Part shown: positions 61,790 to 64,000 of the stretch, one piece after another
Numbering within the stretch: position 1 is the first letter of the stretch
Layout: each line of letters opens with the position of its first letter
Source: Squalus acanthias
Lineage: Eukaryota
DNA: 64,000 bases
Direction of reading: 5' to 3'
Assembly: GCA_030390025.1 (NCBI GenBank)
Contig: CM059427.1
Coordinates: 39,184,001 to 39,248,000 of the forward strand
Notes under the pieces: model-generated
Seen by the model: only the letters and a program-made list of their open reading frames with translations
The model's database searches: none
Told to the model about the DNA's origin: nothing
Made by a program: the position numbers and the translations under genes

Positions 61790-63092
61790 TTGCGAAATAT
61801 ACTTGTGCAAAATCGTCCCTGAAAAATGGGCAGCCAGCAACTGAAAATCGGCATGGCACCACAATGTGGCACCATGACCACCCAATGCCCACCTGATTCA
61901 ATTTCCAAGTGGGCCTGTAAATGGGTGAGCAGCCATCTGCCTGAAACAGGTGGGAAGTTGCTTATATATACAAATCCGCGGTCCTACGTTGGTTATAGGA
62001 CCCTGATTGCAATTTACAAGCACAAATGGATGGGGTGTGCATTTGTACTAGGTGGTGAGCGGCCTAACCAGCAATCCTTAAAGGGACTACTGGAGGCCAG
62101 TCCATAAACGGCCCAACAAACTTGTTATTTTTTTTTGGTAGACTCAGGATGAGCAGCAGTCCTCCCGGCCTCCCAAAAAAATGCTGTCCCCTGTCAACCC
62201 GGTTGAACTCCGTCCCCCCCAACCAGGATTGCCACCCCACACACAGCTGGCCCGTCCTCCCAGCACCGGCAAGCTGCAGCGGGTTGCCCACTTGTATCCC
62301 ACAGCTCTCCAGCGGCATGCTGATGAAGCCCGGGCCTCAAAATGGCTCAGGCCTCATGCCAGCATCAACGGACAGGTAGAGCAGATGCTTGGCCAACTGA
62401 GCGCCCTTTTTGTCCCTGAGCTGAGCTTCCGACCACATATCCTCTCAATCGCCAAGACTGCCTACTTCCACCTCTGTAACATCACGTGTCTCTGCCCCTG
62501 TCTCAGCTCATCTGCTGCTGAAACCCTCATCCATGCCTTTGTTACCTCTAGACTCGACTATTCAATTGCTCTCCTAGCTAGCCTCCCACCTTGCACCCTC
62601 TTAATTTGCACCAAGACCCGTTCACTCACCACCCCTGTGCCCGTTGACCTTGCTCCGGGTTCGGAAACACCTCGATTTTAAAATTCTCATCCTTGTTTCC
62701 AAATTCCTCCATGGCCGCGCCCCTCCCTATCTCTGTAACCTCCTCCAGCACTACAACCCTCCGAGATCTCTGCACTCCTCCAATTCTAGCTTCTTGCTCT
62801 TCCCCAATTTTTATTGCTCCATCATTGGCGGCTGTGCCTTCAGCTGCCTAGGCCCTAAGCTCTGCAATTCCCTCCCTAAACCTCTCCGCCTCTCTACCTC
62901 TCTCTCCTCCTTTAAGACGCTCCTTAAAACCTACCTCTTTGACCAAGCTTTTGGTCACCTGTCCTAATATCTCCTATGTGGCTCGGTGTGATAACACTCC
63001 TGTGAAGCGACTAGGTATGTTTTACTACGTTAAAGATGGTATATAAATGCAAGTTGTTGTTATTGTTTTGGGCACTACTTAAAAATCGCCCC
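61790..63092. mobile_element. Harbinger-like non-autonomous element interrupted by L2
   Basis: Reverse copy of the shared module (gcggcctaaccagcaatccttaaagggact, ~62058-62088); probable right end aaaaatcgcccc at ~63081-63092. Left boundary approximate. Confidence 0.5.
62408..63068 (+). mobile_element. L2-clade LINE 3' end
   Basis: AETLIHAFVTSRLDYSIALL and FKILILV..APPYL..LSSFKTLLKTYLFDQAF*; tail tatataaatgcaag(ttg)n. Confidence 0.92.
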
Positions 63093-64000
63093 ATTGTAGC
63101 CCAGAACAAGATACAAAGAGATATTCAAAACAAAACCTTTATGGCTAACAGGAAAAACTGTTAATATGTTAAAAAATTGATTGTACACTGATTAAAATTA
63201 ATATGAATATTAATACGAATATTATAACTGGACTGTGGGAAGCTGGAGGGGGAAGTTGGGTATGTAAGGCAAAACCCTGAAGATTCTGATGGGGGCAAGC
63301 TATGTGCTATTGTACTACTGACATGTGTTATAGTTACTATTAAACATACTTTTGTTTTTAAGTATCTGTCTGGAATTTGATTGGAAGAAGTTGAAAACCC
63401 TATTATCCAGTGCTGTACGTGCGTTTTAACAATTGGTGCTCAAACAAAAATATCTTTAGTTGGCGGAGAGCTGGAGAGCTGAGCCGTTTTTTACCAGCAA
63501 GTCAGGTCTGACTAAGTGACCCTTTGACTCGTGAGGAGAATCGGCAGAAAACGTATTCCCTTTCGGGATCTAGAAGTTGAGGAAGGAAGGTGATAATATT
63601 TTTTTCATGTGTAGAGTGCACGATTTATATGGAACACAGTTTAACAAATATTGTTAAAGCATAATAGCTTAATGCAAAACTGCTTTGTAAAAAAACAACT
63701 CAATGTTCAAACTATTAGAACTCTTCAGAGTGAGTGTCTTACACATGTAATATGAGGTAAAGAGTTTTTGCCCATTTAGAAAAAGGACACAATTTTATCA
63801 AGTTTATAAAATCTTGTTTGATAGCAGAGAATTGATATATATATGTATGTATATATATCATTCTTCTAGTAAAAGCTATATGAAGTAAAGCAGATATAAC
63901 TACACTCCACTGAGTTTGTTTTTAATTTTAGTTGTTTGGATTTCAATTTCAATTGTCATAGTGGTTTTCAAGCCATTGCATATAGTCCAGGGTGTGACTG

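Overview
Vertebrate genomic DNA, most likely a cartilaginous fish (shark), judged from the repeat families (SacSINE1/DeuSINE-like SINEs, shark-type CR1, L2, Penelope-like and Harbinger elements). The only host gene is FIGN (fidgetin, AAA+ ATPase) on the + strand. About 1-15454 is the 3' end of its large last intron. The single large coding exon runs from the splice acceptor at 15455 to the stop at 17736. A ~4.4 kb 3'UTR follows, dense in let-7 and miR-181 seed matches, with a likely distal poly(A) signal at 22177. Roughly 9.5-26.8 kb is almost free of recognisable transposons and holds several enhancer-like blocks plus a 130-N gap. From ~28 kb onward the window is a nested transposon graveyard: many CR1 fragments, L2, SINEs, a Penelope-like insertion with a 13-bp TSD, a hAT MITE with an 8-bp TSD, many Harbinger-type MITEs, and decayed Harbinger coding relics (HARBI1-like transposase plus intron-containing Myb/SANT genes). 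I found no unambiguous new biological system. The best leads are the FIGN miRNA/alternative-poly(A) architecture, its partly degenerate ATPase site, recurrent splice-donor motifs and hairpins in the Harbinger-type MITEs, and two unusual retrotransposition junctions. Family names come from recalled sequence features, not database searches.
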